Source: Faecousia sp.
GTDB taxonomy: Bacteria > Bacillota > Clostridia > Oscillospirales > Oscillospiraceae
Assembly (NCBI GenBank): GCA_045601585.1
Contig: JAZRZW010000060.1
Coordinates: 1 to 49,724 of the forward strand
Reading direction: 5' to 3'
DNA length: 49,724 bases
In this document: positions 17,583 to 27,635 of the stretch, in pieces
Layout of the letters: every line of letters begins with the position of its first letter
How positions within the stretch are numbered: position 1 is the first letter of the stretch
Notes under the pieces: model-generated
The model's input: the letters and a program-made list of their open reading frames with translations, nothing else
Told to the model about the DNA's origin: nothing
The model's database searches: none
Position numbers and translations under genes: made by a program

Positions 17583-19105
17583 AAAGAATACTGTGCCTTT
17601 TGTTGTGCGTTGTCCTGCTTGCAGGTTGCGCCAAGGGAACAAAGCCCTATAAAGCCACAGGGGATGCCTTGAGCACCGACGAAGAGCAGGTAGTCAACCC
17701 CAATGAGGAAGAAAAGGTGCAATCCCTGAAGCTGGCCTATTATCCGGACCGCACCATGAACCCCTTTACTTCCACGGATTATACCAACCGGGCGCTGTTT
17801 CCCCTGATCTACCAGGGGCTCTTCACCACCGGCCGGGATTACCGCCCGGAGCCGATGCTTTGTAAGAGCTACACTGTCAGCGAGGATATGAAAACCTATG
17901 TGTTCTACCTGGAGGAGGCCACTTTCTCCGACGGGAGCGCGCTGACCGCCCAGGATGTCCTGACCAGCCTGGAGACTGCCCGCAGCAGTACTATTTATAA
18001 AGGCCGCTTCCATAATGTGGTTGGTATTTCTGTTCTGCCGGATAATGGAATTATGATCCAGCTCAGTACCCCTTATGAGAATTTACCCATCCTGCTGGAT
18101 GTGCCGATCATCAAGCAAGCACAGCAGGAGGAAGATTATCCTCTGGGTACCGGCCCCTATGTGCTGGAGACCACGGAGATGAGCGCTTGCCTGCGCCGCC
18201 GCAATAATTGGTGGTGTGATCCCCAGATGGTGATCACCGCGCCGATTATTTCTCTCCACGCTGCAGAGTCGGTGACGGATATTCGTGATGAATTTGAGTT
18301 CGGCGATGTAACTTTGGTATGCGCGGACCCTGGTTCTGACCGTTATGCCGACTACCGATGTGACTATGAGCTGTGGGATTGTGAAAACGGCATTTTTATG
18401 TATCTTGCCTGCAACAAGACCGGCACTGTGTTTTCTAATGACGCGGTGCGAATTGCTCTGACACACGCCATCAACCGGGATCTTCTGGTGAAGGATTATT
18501 ATCGGGGCTTTGCTCGCAGTGCCACGCTGCCCGCATCTCCTCTGAGCCCCTATTATAATGTCGGCTTGGCAGAAAAGTATGGCTACGATCAGGAAAAATT
18601 CTCTCAGGCCATCGTGGATGCCGGATTGGAGGGAAGTCCGGTAAAGTTGTTGGTAAACCAGGAGGACACTCTTCGTCTCCGCGCAGCCCGGGCTATTGGT
18701 GAAATGCTCACCGAGTGCGGTCTGACGGTGGAAATAACTGCCATGTCGGGCTCTGACTATCGTTATGCTCTGGAGACCTGGAATTTTGACCTGTACTTAG
18801 GCCAGACCAAGCTCTCTCCCAATATGGATCTGTCTGCCTTTTTCTCCGCCTATGGCGCGTTGAGCTACGGCGGTATCAACGATGTGGAAGCCTATGCCTT
18901 GTGCCAGCGATCTCTGGAAAACCACGGCAACTACTATACGCTCCACCAGACGGTGATGGAAAATGGCCTGCTGTGTCCGGTGCTGTTCCGCAGCTATGCG
19001 GTGTATGCCAACCGCGGCGCACTGACAGACCTGACCCCTGCAAGAGACAATGTGTTCTTCTATTCCTTGGGGAAAACCATGGAAGGCGCCTTGATCAAAG
19101 AATAA
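17579..19105 (+). CDS. ABC substrate-binding lipoprotein, family 5
   Basis: Lipobox LLAGC, FSDGSALTAQDV, GTGPY; GTG overlaps the pgeF stop. Confidence 0.85.
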   Translation: MKRILCLLLCVVLLAGCAKGTKPYKATGDALSTDEEQVVNPNEEEKVQSLKLAYYPDRTMNPFTSTDYTNRALFPLIYQGLFTTGRDYRPEPMLCKSYTVSEDMKTYVFYLEEATFSDGSALTAQDVLTSLETARSSTIYKGRFHNVVGISVLPDNGIMIQLSTPYENLPILLDVPIIKQAQQEEDYPLGTGPYVLETTEMSACLRRRNNWWCDPQMVITAPIISLHAAESVTDIRDEFEFGDVTLVCADPGSDRYADYRCDYELWDCENGIFMYLACNKTGTVFSNDAVRIALTHAINRDLLVKDYYRGFARSATLPASPLSPYYNVGLAEKYGYDQEKFSQAIVDAGLEGSPVKLLVNQEDTLRLRAARAIGEMLTECGLTVEITAMSGSDYRYALETWNFDLYLGQTKLSPNMDLSAFFSAYGALSYGGINDVEAYALCQRSLENHGNYYTLHQTVMENGLLCPVLFRSYAVYANRGALTDLTPARDNVFFYSLGKTMEGALIKE

Positions 19106-19165
19106 ATCTGGACCCGGAAAGGCATCTTTCCGGGTCTTGCAACACTCCCAAATGGATGTGAGATA

Positions 19166-20770
19166 ATGGATAAATATGTAATTGGCATCGATTACGGAAC
19201 CCTATCCGCCCGGGCGATTCTGACGCAGACAGACGGCGTCGTGGTGGCAGAGACGGAATTTGAATATCCCCATGGTGTGCTGGATTTTGGCGGAAAAAAG
19301 ACAGATGCTTACCAGCATCCCCGGGATTATTTGCAGGCAATGTCCGCTTGTGTTTCCGGGTTGCTGAAGATAGGGAAGATCTCTGCAGAATCGGTGGCGG
19401 GCATCGGCATTGATTTTACCTCCTGCACTGTACTTCCGGTGGACGCGGAGGGAACGCCGCTGTGTTTTTTGCAAGGGTACCAGGAAGAACCCCAGGCTTA
19501 TGCCAAGCTTTGGAAACACCAAAGTGCCCAGCCCCAGGCAGACAGGATCACAGCCCTGGCGAAAAAAACCGGACAACCCTGGTTACGACGCTATGGTGGC
19601 AGGGTATCTGCCGAGTGGTTCTTTCCCAAATTGCTGGAACTTTGTGAGGCGGCACCCCGGGTGTACGAAGCCTGCGATCAATACATAGAAGCGGCTGACT
19701 GGCTGACGCAACTCCTTACCGGTGAGCAGATCCGCAGTAGCTGTATGGCCGGCTATAAGGCGTTGTGGAGTCAGGAGTCCGGCTACCCCGATAATGATTT
19801 TTGGGCCCAATTAGGAATGCCCAATGTGATCGGCACCAAGGTCAAAGGCCAGGTAAAGACCGTAGGCACCAAAGCCGGAACCCTCAATGCAAAGGGCGCA
19901 GAACTCACCGGTCTGCCTCAGGGGATCCCTGTGTCCGTTCCTATGATCGATGCCCATGCAGGTCTGCCTGCCGCAGGAGTTACCCAGGAAGGAAAGATGA
20001 TTCTAATTATGGGCACCTCCAGCTGCCAGCTGATCCTGAGTCGGGCAGATGTGCAGCCGGAAGGTGTCAGTGGCAGCGTAAAAAACGGCGTGCTGCCGGG
20101 CTTTACGGCGCTGGAATCCGGCCAGGCATCGGTGGGCGATACATTCCGTTGGTTTGTGAAAAACGCGGTACCGGAAGCTTATAGCCGTCAGGCGGCCGCT
20201 GAGGGAAAGAATATCTATGATTATCTGACGGAAAAGGCCGGCCTGTTGCATCCCGGTGCCAGCGGCCTTTTGGCCCTTGACTGGTTTAACGGTAATCGGG
20301 TGCCTTATGCCGATGGCTCCCTCACCGGAATGTTGCTGGGCCTGAACCTGCAGACAAAGCCGGAGGAGATATTCCTGGCGCTGATGGAATCTACTGCTTT
20401 TGGCACCCGGAATATTGTGGAAGTTTACGAGAAAAACGGCGTTGCGGTACGGGAGATTTACGCCACCGGCGGTATTCCCCGGAAGAACCCTTTCCTGATG
20501 CAGCTTTATGCGGATGTTTTAGGCAAGGAGATCCGGGTGATCTCCGCTTCCCAGGGCGGTGCCAAGGGCAGTGCTGTTTTGGCGGCATCTGCAGCGGGGA
20601 TCTTCCCGGATGTGGCTTCTGCTGCCCGGGCAATGGCGGATCAGTGGGATGTGGCATATCAACCCCGGCCGGAGCAGGCAGAGATCTATCAAAAGCTCTA
20701 TGCCCAATACTGCAGGATGAGCACATATTTTGCTGCCGATCCTATTATGAAAGAACTAAAACGAATATAA
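19166..20770 (+). CDS. araB: Ribulokinase (FGGY family)
   Basis: IGIDYGTLSARA, GIDFTSCT, KLWKH, IDAHA, LDWFNGNR. Confidence 0.85.
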   Translation: MDKYVIGIDYGTLSARAILTQTDGVVVAETEFEYPHGVLDFGGKKTDAYQHPRDYLQAMSACVSGLLKIGKISAESVAGIGIDFTSCTVLPVDAEGTPLCFLQGYQEEPQAYAKLWKHQSAQPQADRITALAKKTGQPWLRRYGGRVSAEWFFPKLLELCEAAPRVYEACDQYIEAADWLTQLLTGEQIRSSCMAGYKALWSQESGYPDNDFWAQLGMPNVIGTKVKGQVKTVGTKAGTLNAKGAELTGLPQGIPVSVPMIDAHAGLPAAGVTQEGKMILIMGTSSCQLILSRADVQPEGVSGSVKNGVLPGFTALESGQASVGDTFRWFVKNAVPEAYSRQAAAEGKNIYDYLTEKAGLLHPGASGLLALDWFNGNRVPYADGSLTGMLLGLNLQTKPEEIFLALMESTAFGTRNIVEVYEKNGVAVREIYATGGIPRKNPFLMQLYADVLGKEIRVISASQGGAKGSAVLAASAAGIFPDVASAARAMADQWDVAYQPRPEQAEIYQKLYAQYCRMSTYFAADPIMKELKRI

Positions 20771-20771
20771 G

Positions 20772-20802
20772 AAAACTCCGCAGGAATCTCCTGCGGAGTT
20801 TT
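20772..20802. terminator. Bidirectional terminator
   Basis: AAAACTCCGCAGGA-ATC-TCCTGCGGAGTTTT. Confidence 0.75.
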
Positions 20803-20808
20803 GTTGTC

Positions 20809-22089
20809 TTACAGGTGGCAGGTGCCGTCCTTATCTGCCTGCAGGCAGGTGCCGTAGAACCGGGTGATGGCAGCCACCAGGCTGTCCACATCCTGAACAC
20901 CCACGGTCTCATAGCTGGAGTGCATAGCCAGCTGGGGCAGACCAATGTCTGCAGTGGGTACGGAAACATGACTCAGGGAGATGTTACCCAAAGTAGAGCC
21001 GCCGGGAAGATCGGCGCGGTTGTAGTAGGTCTGCACGGGCACATTGGCCTTCTGGCAGATGCCCCGGAAGATGGCACCGGAGAAGCCGTCAGTGGTGTAC
21101 CGCTGGGCAGCGTTGAACTTCAGCACTACACCTTCGTTCAGTACGGGAGCGTTGGTGGCATCGGCATATTCCGGATGGTTGGGGTGAACAGCGTGAGCAT
21201 TGTCGGCACTGACCATAAAGGACTGGGCCAGCAGCTGTGCCAGGTTCCAGCCCATGGCATCGCAGATGCGGCCAAGCACAGTTTCCAGCAGGTCGGAGGC
21301 GGCACCCTGCACAGAGGACGAGCCTACTTCTTCACTGTCGAATACGCAAAGCACGGGGATATTGTCGGCGCTTTCAGCATCGGCAAAACCCTTCCAGCAG
21401 CACCAGGCGCAAGCCAGGTCGTCCAGAGCAGCGGCAGAAAGGAATTCCTTCTTCAGACCCCATACGGTGGCTTTTTCCCGGATATAAAGGGTCAGGTCGT
21501 GACCCAGGATCCGGCCGCCGGCAGCTTTTTGCAGCAGGTTGTCCAGCATACCTGCGCTGTCCTTGCCACCCATCAGGGGCAGAGTATCCACTGCAGGATT
21601 CCAGGTGTAACCGTCGTTGGCCTTGCGATTCATATGAATGGCCACATTGGGGATCATCAGCAGGTCCCGGTTCAGGTCCACCAGGCGGCTCTCCACGCCG
21701 TCCTTAGTAGCCACTACCACACGGCCGGCCACGGAAAGAGGACGATCCAGCCAGGTAGAGATCAGCATACCGCCGTAACGCTCCACAGCCAGTCGGGTGT
21801 ATGTGCCCTTGAGCTCGCCGTTTTCCTTTACCTTGAAGGTGGGGCGGTCGGAGTGGCTGGCGGTCATCATAAAACCGGTAGGGGGATTGCCGGGGATCCG
21901 AAACGCCAGCAAGCTGGTGCCACCGCGGGTCAGATAGTACTTACCGCCGGCGGTAAGCTCCCAGTTCCGGTGCTCATCCAGTCGGGTGTAACCCTGGGAT
22001 TCCAGCCGGGAAACAAGCTCTGCAGTGGCGTGATAGACACTGTGGGCCTTATTCAGATAGGAAATCAGTTCTTTTGCGTTGTTCGGCAT
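20809..22089 (-). CDS. M18 family aspartyl aminopeptidase
   Basis: SHSDRP, LDDL, DSEEVGS, SADNAHAVHPN, QLAMHS. Confidence 0.93.
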   Translation of the reverse strand: MPNNAKELISYLNKAHSVYHATAELVSRLESQGYTRLDEHRNWELTAGGKYYLTRGGTSLLAFRIPGNPPTGFMMTASHSDRPTFKVKENGELKGTYTRLAVERYGGMLISTWLDRPLSVAGRVVVATKDGVESRLVDLNRDLLMIPNVAIHMNRKANDGYTWNPAVDTLPLMGGKDSAGMLDNLLQKAAGGRILGHDLTLYIREKATVWGLKKEFLSAAALDDLACAWCCWKGFADAESADNIPVLCVFDSEEVGSSSVQGAASDLLETVLGRICDAMGWNLAQLLAQSFMVSADNAHAVHPNHPEYADATNAPVLNEGVVLKFNAAQRYTTDGFSGAIFRGICQKANVPVQTYYNRADLPGGSTLGNISLSHVSVPTADIGLPQLAMHSSYETVGVQDVDSLVAAITRFYGTCLQADKDGTCHL

Positions 22090-22176
22090 AGAAAACTCCT
22101 CCATTTGCCAAGCTTTGTGACTATTGTACTTTATTTTTCTTTTTGCGTCAACTGCCCCAAGGGGAAATTCTTATTT

Positions 22177-22203
22177 TGTCGAACGGTGTCGAATGTTGTC
22201 GAA
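22177..22203 (+). promoter_or_regulatory. Three tandem Spo0A boxes
   Basis: TGTCGAA at 22177, 22187 and 22197 upstream of spo0A. Confidence 0.8.
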
Positions 22204-22358
22204 AGTGGTGTAAAGCAAGGGTTTTTTCTTCCAATCTGTCGTACGATTCTATGGGAATGATATTGCAAAAAGCGAACATTTATGCTAAATTATCATTGTC
22301 GCATATAAATGATAAATTTCGGTTAGGGGAGCAATTTCAGAAGTCAGGAGAGGAATTT

Positions 22359-23138
22359 ATGGACAAGCAGACAACCGTGGTTATTGCAGATTCTGCAGAA
22401 GAATTCAGTAGTAGTTTAGTAAAGGCACTTCAGCGGGCAGAGGGATTTCAGGTGCTTGGTGTGGCCAATGATGGCGAAATGGCCCAGAGAATGGTCATCG
22501 ACCGCAAGCCCGATGTGCTGGTGATCGACCTGATGCTGGCAAAGAAGGATGGCATCAGCGTTTTGAAGGCCCTTTCCGCCCAGGAGCATAAGCCTGCAAT
22601 TTTGGTTACATCTTCTATGATGACCCAGTATATGGGCTCTGCGATGGTAAATCTTGGGGTGAATTATCTGATTATGAAGCCTTGCGATATGACTGCTCTG
22701 GTGGAGCGGCTGGAAGAGATTCGGGGAGGGGAGAACTCCCGGCAGAATACACCCCAGCGCCTGAGCCAGACGGACATTGAGACAATGGTCACCAACATCA
22801 TTCACGAGATCGGTGTTCCCGCCCATATTAAGGGTTACCAGTATCTCCGTGAAGCCATTATGATCGCTGTGGAAGATATGGATGTGATCAATGCCATCAC
22901 AAAGATCCTCTATCCCCAGGTAGCAAAGACTTTCCAGACCACACCTTCCCGTGTGGAACGGGCGATCCGTCATGCCATCGAGGTGGCTTGGGATCGGGGC
23001 GACCTGGATACCTTGCAGCGCTTCTTTGGCTACACAGTATCCAACACCAAGGGCAAACCCACCAACAGTGAATTTATTGCGCTGATTGCCGATAAACTCC
23101 AGCTGCAGCTGAAGAACACCAAGGTTGCTCATTATTAA
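22359..23138 (+). CDS. spo0A: Sporulation master regulator Spo0A
   Basis: [43 protein letters not shown]. Confidence 0.97.
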   Translation: MDKQTTVVIADSAEEFSSSLVKALQRAEGFQVLGVANDGEMAQRMVIDRKPDVLVIDLMLAKKDGISVLKALSAQEHKPAILVTSSMMTQYMGSAMVNLGVNYLIMKPCDMTALVERLEEIRGGENSRQNTPQRLSQTDIETMVTNIIHEIGVPAHIKGYQYLREAIMIAVEDMDVINAITKILYPQVAKTFQTTPSRVERAIRHAIEVAWDRGDLDTLQRFFGYTVSNTKGKPTNSEFIALIADKLQLQLKNTKVAHY

Positions 23139-23140
23139 AT

Positions 23141-23167
23141 AAAAAGCAGGGATTTCTCCCTGCTTTT
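23141..23167. terminator. Bidirectional terminator (AAAAAGCAGG family)
   Basis: AAAAAGCAGGGA-TTTC-TCCCTGCTTTT. Confidence 0.75.
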
Positions 23168-24314
23168 ATTTTGCCATAACCAGGCTTTTGAGCACTTTCA
23201 CAAACAACTGGCCGTAGGTGAGTTTTGCTACCGGCTCTTTTGCAAGCAGAGGGATCTGGGCGATGATCTGCTCCCCGGAGAGAATGTGCAGAGTACCCAG
23301 GCGTTGGCCTTTGCTTACCGGGGCGGTCACCTGGGGATCCAGGTCGATCTTTGTGGAGATCTGTGCGCGTTGGGCTTTGTCAATGAGAATAGAATCCTGG
23401 GTTCCGGGAACCACGGAAACAGATTCCTGGGCACCCAGTACCACCGGCACCATTGCCGTCTGGGGCATTTCCGGCGTCACAGTGGCGTAATTGGCAAAGC
23501 CGTAGTCCAGCATCGCTTTGCAGCCGGAAAACCGCTGGGGAGAGGTCTCGCTGCCCATTACCACAGCTACCAGCTCCATTCCGTCCCGCATTGCTGAGGC
23601 AGACAGACAATATCCGGCGCCGGAGGTAAAACCGGTCTTGAGGCCGGTGGCGCCCTGATAGAACCGCACCAATTTGTTGGTGTTGGACAGTCCGAAGGTG
23701 CCGTTTCGCACCGTGTCCATCCAGATAGTGGTAAAGCGTTTGATGTCCGGGTGGTTTTTCAGCAGTTCCCGGGACATCAGTGCAATATCGTAGGCTGAGG
23801 TTTTGTGGTTTTGAGCCTCTGGGTCGTCGTCCAGGCCGGTGCAGTTAACAAAGTGAGTGTCCTGCATACCCAGTTCCTCAGCTCTTTTGTTCATAGCTTC
23901 CACAAAGGCGCTTTCGCTGCCATAGATGTGTTCTGCCAGGGCGCAGGCACAGTCGTTGGCAGAGGATACGGCCACGGATTTCAGCATCTCCTCTACCGTC
24001 ATAGTTTCACCGACCTTCAGGAAAATCTGACTGCCGCCTTTGGCTGCAGCGCTTTCCGAGGTGGTCACGGTATCCTGCAAGCTGATGCGTCCATCGTCGA
24101 TTGCCTCCATCACCAGCAGCATGGTCATCACCTTGGTGACACTGGCGGGAGGCAGAGGGGTGTGGCTGTTGTGCTCATAGAGGACTGTGCCGGTGGCCAG
24201 ATCGATGAGAATGGCGCTTTTTGCGGCCACATTCAGATCCGTCGCCCGGGCTTTTTGGGGCAGAAAACCCATTAACATCACTGTCGTCAATATGGTACAA
24301 ATCCACCGTTTCAT
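23166..24314 (-). CDS. dacF: D-alanyl-D-alanine carboxypeptidase (DacF-like)
   Basis: PASVTK, SAN, LKTG motifs plus signal peptide. Confidence 0.85.
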   Translation of the reverse strand: MKRWICTILTTVMLMGFLPQKARATDLNVAAKSAILIDLATGTVLYEHNSHTPLPPASVTKVMTMLLVMEAIDDGRISLQDTVTTSESAAAKGGSQIFLKVGETMTVEEMLKSVAVSSANDCACALAEHIYGSESAFVEAMNKRAEELGMQDTHFVNCTGLDDDPEAQNHKTSAYDIALMSRELLKNHPDIKRFTTIWMDTVRNGTFGLSNTNKLVRFYQGATGLKTGFTSGAGYCLSASAMRDGMELVAVVMGSETSPQRFSGCKAMLDYGFANYATVTPEMPQTAMVPVVLGAQESVSVVPGTQDSILIDKAQRAQISTKIDLDPQVTAPVSKGQRLGTLHILSGEQIIAQIPLLAKEPVAKLTYGQLFVKVLKSLVMAK

Positions 24315-24341
24315 AAAACATCCCTCCAAGGCGTGATTGGT

Positions 24342-24731
24342 TCATTCTATGGCCAAAATGGAAAGGAAATTCCACCAGGTCAGCCGATGATCCGATGCCA
24401 GGGATTCCAGCGCCAGCTTCAGCTGGTCGCAGAGGGTAAGAAAGACTTCTTTCTGGCCGGTTTCCCCGGAGCGAATTGCTTTGGAAAACAGCGCCTCGAT
24501 TTCATCTATAGGGCCGTGGTTGGAAACAGCGGCAAGCTTATTTTGCTGATTGCTCCAGATCTTTTTTGCCTGTTTTAAGGCGGCAACCCCTCCGGGCAGG
24601 GCCTGATCGGCAGCCTGCTCCACATATTGGCTGACAGCGTCCTGGGTTTTTCCTACGCCGTGGCCGATCCAGAGACAGCCGATTACACAAATCAGCAGCA
24701 GCCCCAGACCGAGATAGAATTTACCGTGCAT
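24342..24731 (-). CDS. DUF4363 family protein
   Basis: N-terminal TM, W...H..IDEI..., NFL C-terminus; follows the DUF421 gene. Confidence 0.7.
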   Translation of the reverse strand: MHGKFYLGLGLLLICVIGCLWIGHGVGKTQDAVSQYVEQAADQALPGGVAALKQAKKIWSNQQNKLAAVSNHGPIDEIEALFSKAIRSGETGQKEVFLTLCDQLKLALESLASDHRLTWWNFLSILAIE

Positions 24732-25403
24732 CTAATTCTCCTTGTCCAGCAAAATAATCCGATCTCCTGTATCCACCGTCAGCAGCCAGACTTTTTCCAC
24801 AGAGGTGTTCTTTTCTTCCAGTACCCGCCGGAGCCAGCGGCGGTCTTTTTTTGCCAGCTGCAGGTTGTCGTAGAGAATCCTGCCGTCGGAAATGATGGTG
24901 TAGGGAAGTCGCTGGGGCTTTACCTGCACTCCTGCATCTTTGGCACTGGCGGGCATTTCTTTGGGATAGGGAAATACGGATAAGTTGCCGTTGGTCTCCA
25001 AAATGGCAAATTGTACGCTTTGCAGATTCAGCACATCCTTTTGCCGCAGATGGCCGATGAGTTCGTCCAGAGTGATCCGGGTGCGCCGCAGGTTGCGCTG
25101 CAGGATCCTGCCGTTTTCGATCAGGATCACAGGTTTGCCGCACAGAAATTTACGCAGCTTCACGCTTCGCAGAGAAAGGGTGGAAAGCACCAATTCCATT
25201 CCCAGCACGGTGATGATGGGAATGACACCGCTGAGCAGGGGAATCCCGCCATCCTGCATAGGGATAGAGGCCAGGTCCGCCACCAGCATCGTCACCACCA
25301 GTTCCGTAGGCTCCATCTGCCCGATCTGCCGTTTGCCCATAAGCCGGATTACAAGAATCAAAAGGGAATAGAGTAAGATTGACCGGGTATAGGATAATAT
25401 CAC
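24732..25403 (-). CDS. DUF421 (YetF-like) membrane protein
   Basis: RLMGKRQIGQM, GKPVILIENG, AILETNGNLSV, IISDG. Confidence 0.9.
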   Translation of the reverse strand: MILSYTRSILLYSLLILVIRLMGKRQIGQMEPTELVVTMLVADLASIPMQDGGIPLLSGVIPIITVLGMELVLSTLSLRSVKLRKFLCGKPVILIENGRILQRNLRRTRITLDELIGHLRQKDVLNLQSVQFAILETNGNLSVFPYPKEMPASAKDAGVQVKPQRLPYTIISDGRILYDNLQLAKKDRRWLRRVLEEKNTSVEKVWLLTVDTGDRIILLDKEN

Positions 25404-25640
25404 CTGCACCACTCCTTTTTGGTAGTTTTCCGGCAAAAGAGGGAAATATGCACAAAATGTACTGTGGTGAATTTATACAACCTGAGAAATATTCTTTTGG
25501 TGCCATTGTATAAAAAAGATAAAATAACAAGATAGTCGGCTAAATAACGCAAGAAAAATTTGAATACCCTATAAGCCTATGGCATTATGAGACTATCAGG
25601 AAAACCCTGTAGACTACATATTTGAAAGGATGCATGCATT

Positions 25641-26687
25641 ATGTCCGAATTTAAGTCTCGTTTTAAGTTTACCGCAGGCCCCTGGAACGTAAACGAAGGT
25701 GTCGAAGCTTTTGGCCCCGGCGTTCGTCCCACCATCGACATGGAAGAGAAGTTCAAGAAGTTTGCTGAGATCGGCATGGGCGGTGTACAGTTCCACGATG
25801 ATGACGCTGTGCCCGATATGAACAACATGACCGAGAAGCAGATCATTGACTACGCAAAGGACGTCAAGGCTACTCTGGATAAGTACGGCCTGGAAGCTGA
25901 GTTCGTTGCACCTCGTCTGTGGATGGATCCCCACACCACCGATGGCGGCTTCACCTCCAACTCCAAGGAAGACTATGAGTTCGCTATGTGGAGAGCTCAT
26001 CGTTCCATCGACATCGCTAACGCAATGGGCGCTAAGAACATCGTTCTGTGGCTGGCCCGCGAAGGCACCCTGTGCGCAGAGTCCAAGGACCCTGTACAGA
26101 AGATCGGCCAGCTGATCGATTCTATCGACGATATGCTGACCTACGACGACAAGATCAAGGTTCTGATCGAGTCCAAGCCCAATGAGCCCATCGACCGTTC
26201 CTACTGCGGCACCATCGGCCACGTTATGGCTGTTTCCGCAGCTTCCAAGGATCCCAAGCGTGTTGGCGCAGTTCTGGAGTCCGCTCACGCTATCCTGGCT
26301 GGTCTGGATCCCGCTCACGAAATGGCATTTGCTCTGAAGTTCGGCAAGCTGGGCTCTGTCCACCTGAACGACCAGAACGGCTGCCGTTACGACCAGGACA
26401 AGTCCTTCGGTGTTGAGTCCCTGCGTGGCGCATTCAACCAGATCAAGGTCCTGGTAGATAACAACTACGGCGCTAACGGCGAAATGGTTGGTATCGACGT
26501 TAAGGCTATGCGTACTCAGAAGCCCGAGGATCAGTACCGTCACCTGGAGAACTCCATCCGCATCGCAAAGCTGCTGGAGGAGAAGGTTTCTCGCTTCGAC
26601 AAGGAGTTCCAGGCACAGTGCATCGCAGAGCGCAACTACGAGAAGCTCGAGATGTATGTCATGGAGCTGCTGATGGGCGTTCGCTAA
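25641..26687 (+). CDS. Xylose isomerase-like sugar isomerase (short class I type)
   Basis: FHDDD, WLAREG, ESKPNEP, ExxH, HLNDQ, DQD; strongly biased codon usage. Confidence 0.8.
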   Translation: MSEFKSRFKFTAGPWNVNEGVEAFGPGVRPTIDMEEKFKKFAEIGMGGVQFHDDDAVPDMNNMTEKQIIDYAKDVKATLDKYGLEAEFVAPRLWMDPHTTDGGFTSNSKEDYEFAMWRAHRSIDIANAMGAKNIVLWLAREGTLCAESKDPVQKIGQLIDSIDDMLTYDDKIKVLIESKPNEPIDRSYCGTIGHVMAVSAASKDPKRVGAVLESAHAILAGLDPAHEMAFALKFGKLGSVHLNDQNGCRYDQDKSFGVESLRGAFNQIKVLVDNNYGANGEMVGIDVKAMRTQKPEDQYRHLENSIRIAKLLEEKVSRFDKEFQAQCIAERNYEKLEMYVMELLMGVR

Positions 26688-26749
26688 TCGCCGCCTGATA
26701 GCTGATATCTTATAAATTAAATCCCCCCCCCGCCCGGGTGGGTGATTTT

Positions 26750-27631
26750 TTATGGATTCAGGTCTTTTTCCCGAAGGAACATAGGAGTCATTTTCGACTT
26801 TTGGAAAGTAGTCATAAACCGGGGACACTTCACCAAAAACGCATAGTAAATATTGTAGCCGCTGCCGGACAGGGTCTCCACATTGCCCTGACCCTTGGAA
26901 AGGATCACATCGGCATCTCGGAAGGCTCGTTTGGTCGCCTCCGGCAGCACCTTCAGATTGGTGCCACAGACACCGTCGCCGGTTTCCACGATCGGGAAGG
27001 GAATGCCTACCAGTTTCGCGTCCTCCATAGTGGCGTCGTTTTTTGCAAGGGCGCCCCGGACGCAGAAGGTGATTTGCAGATGGGGGAATTGCTGCTGCAG
27101 CTTTTCTGCAAACAGCCGGTCAAAGCAGATCTCTCCGGCATTGTCGGCAATGTAAAGAAATTTCTTTCCTTCTGCCAATTCTTTGAGGAAATTGCCGTAG
27201 CAGGTTTTGTCAATATCAAGGGATTGTGCGCCGTCCAGCATTTCTTCCAGCTGCTGAAAGTCGACTGTATCCTGCAATGCGGAAAAATCGATGTAGTTGC
27301 CCAGTACTGCAAATTGCAGCGCGGCAAAAAGGGGATCGCTTGCCTTTTCGATCCGTTGTTTCACTCCATCCAGGCGTTCCAGAACGAACCGGTTGGAAAG
27401 CTTCTTTTCCCGGAGAAATGTCTCTGCGTTGCCTCCAAAATAGCGTTCTGCCATCTGCCGGTTTTGTAAGTCAATCTCCGGAGCGGACAAATCTTGCGGC
27501 ACATTGGCAAGGTGCTGCATCAATTCCCGAATGAAAGCCAATTTCTTTTCTTCATCCTGAATTGCCGGCAATTCATTGATAGCGTGGTTCAACAGGCAGG
27601 GGAGGCAAATGGAATCAACAGGAAAACTCAT
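26750..27631 (-). CDS. DUF89/ARMT1-like damage-control phosphatase
   Basis: CxxC, GNYIDF, DNAGEI, NDAT, KGQGNVE, VKC. Confidence 0.88.
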   Translation of the reverse strand: MSFPVDSICLPCLLNHAINELPAIQDEEKKLAFIRELMQHLANVPQDLSAPEIDLQNRQMAERYFGGNAETFLREKKLSNRFVLERLDGVKQRIEKASDPLFAALQFAVLGNYIDFSALQDTVDFQQLEEMLDGAQSLDIDKTCYGNFLKELAEGKKFLYIADNAGEICFDRLFAEKLQQQFPHLQITFCVRGALAKNDATMEDAKLVGIPFPIVETGDGVCGTNLKVLPEATKRAFRDADVILSKGQGNVETLSGSGYNIYYAFLVKCPRFMTTFQKSKMTPMFLREKDLNP

Positions 27632-27635
27632 CGTC

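Noticed and set aside
26719-26750. C9 tract as a phase-variation site
   Set aside because: It is the left arm of a terminator whose right arm predicts CACCCACCC; more likely base-calling error or drift, and it is outside any CDS or promoter
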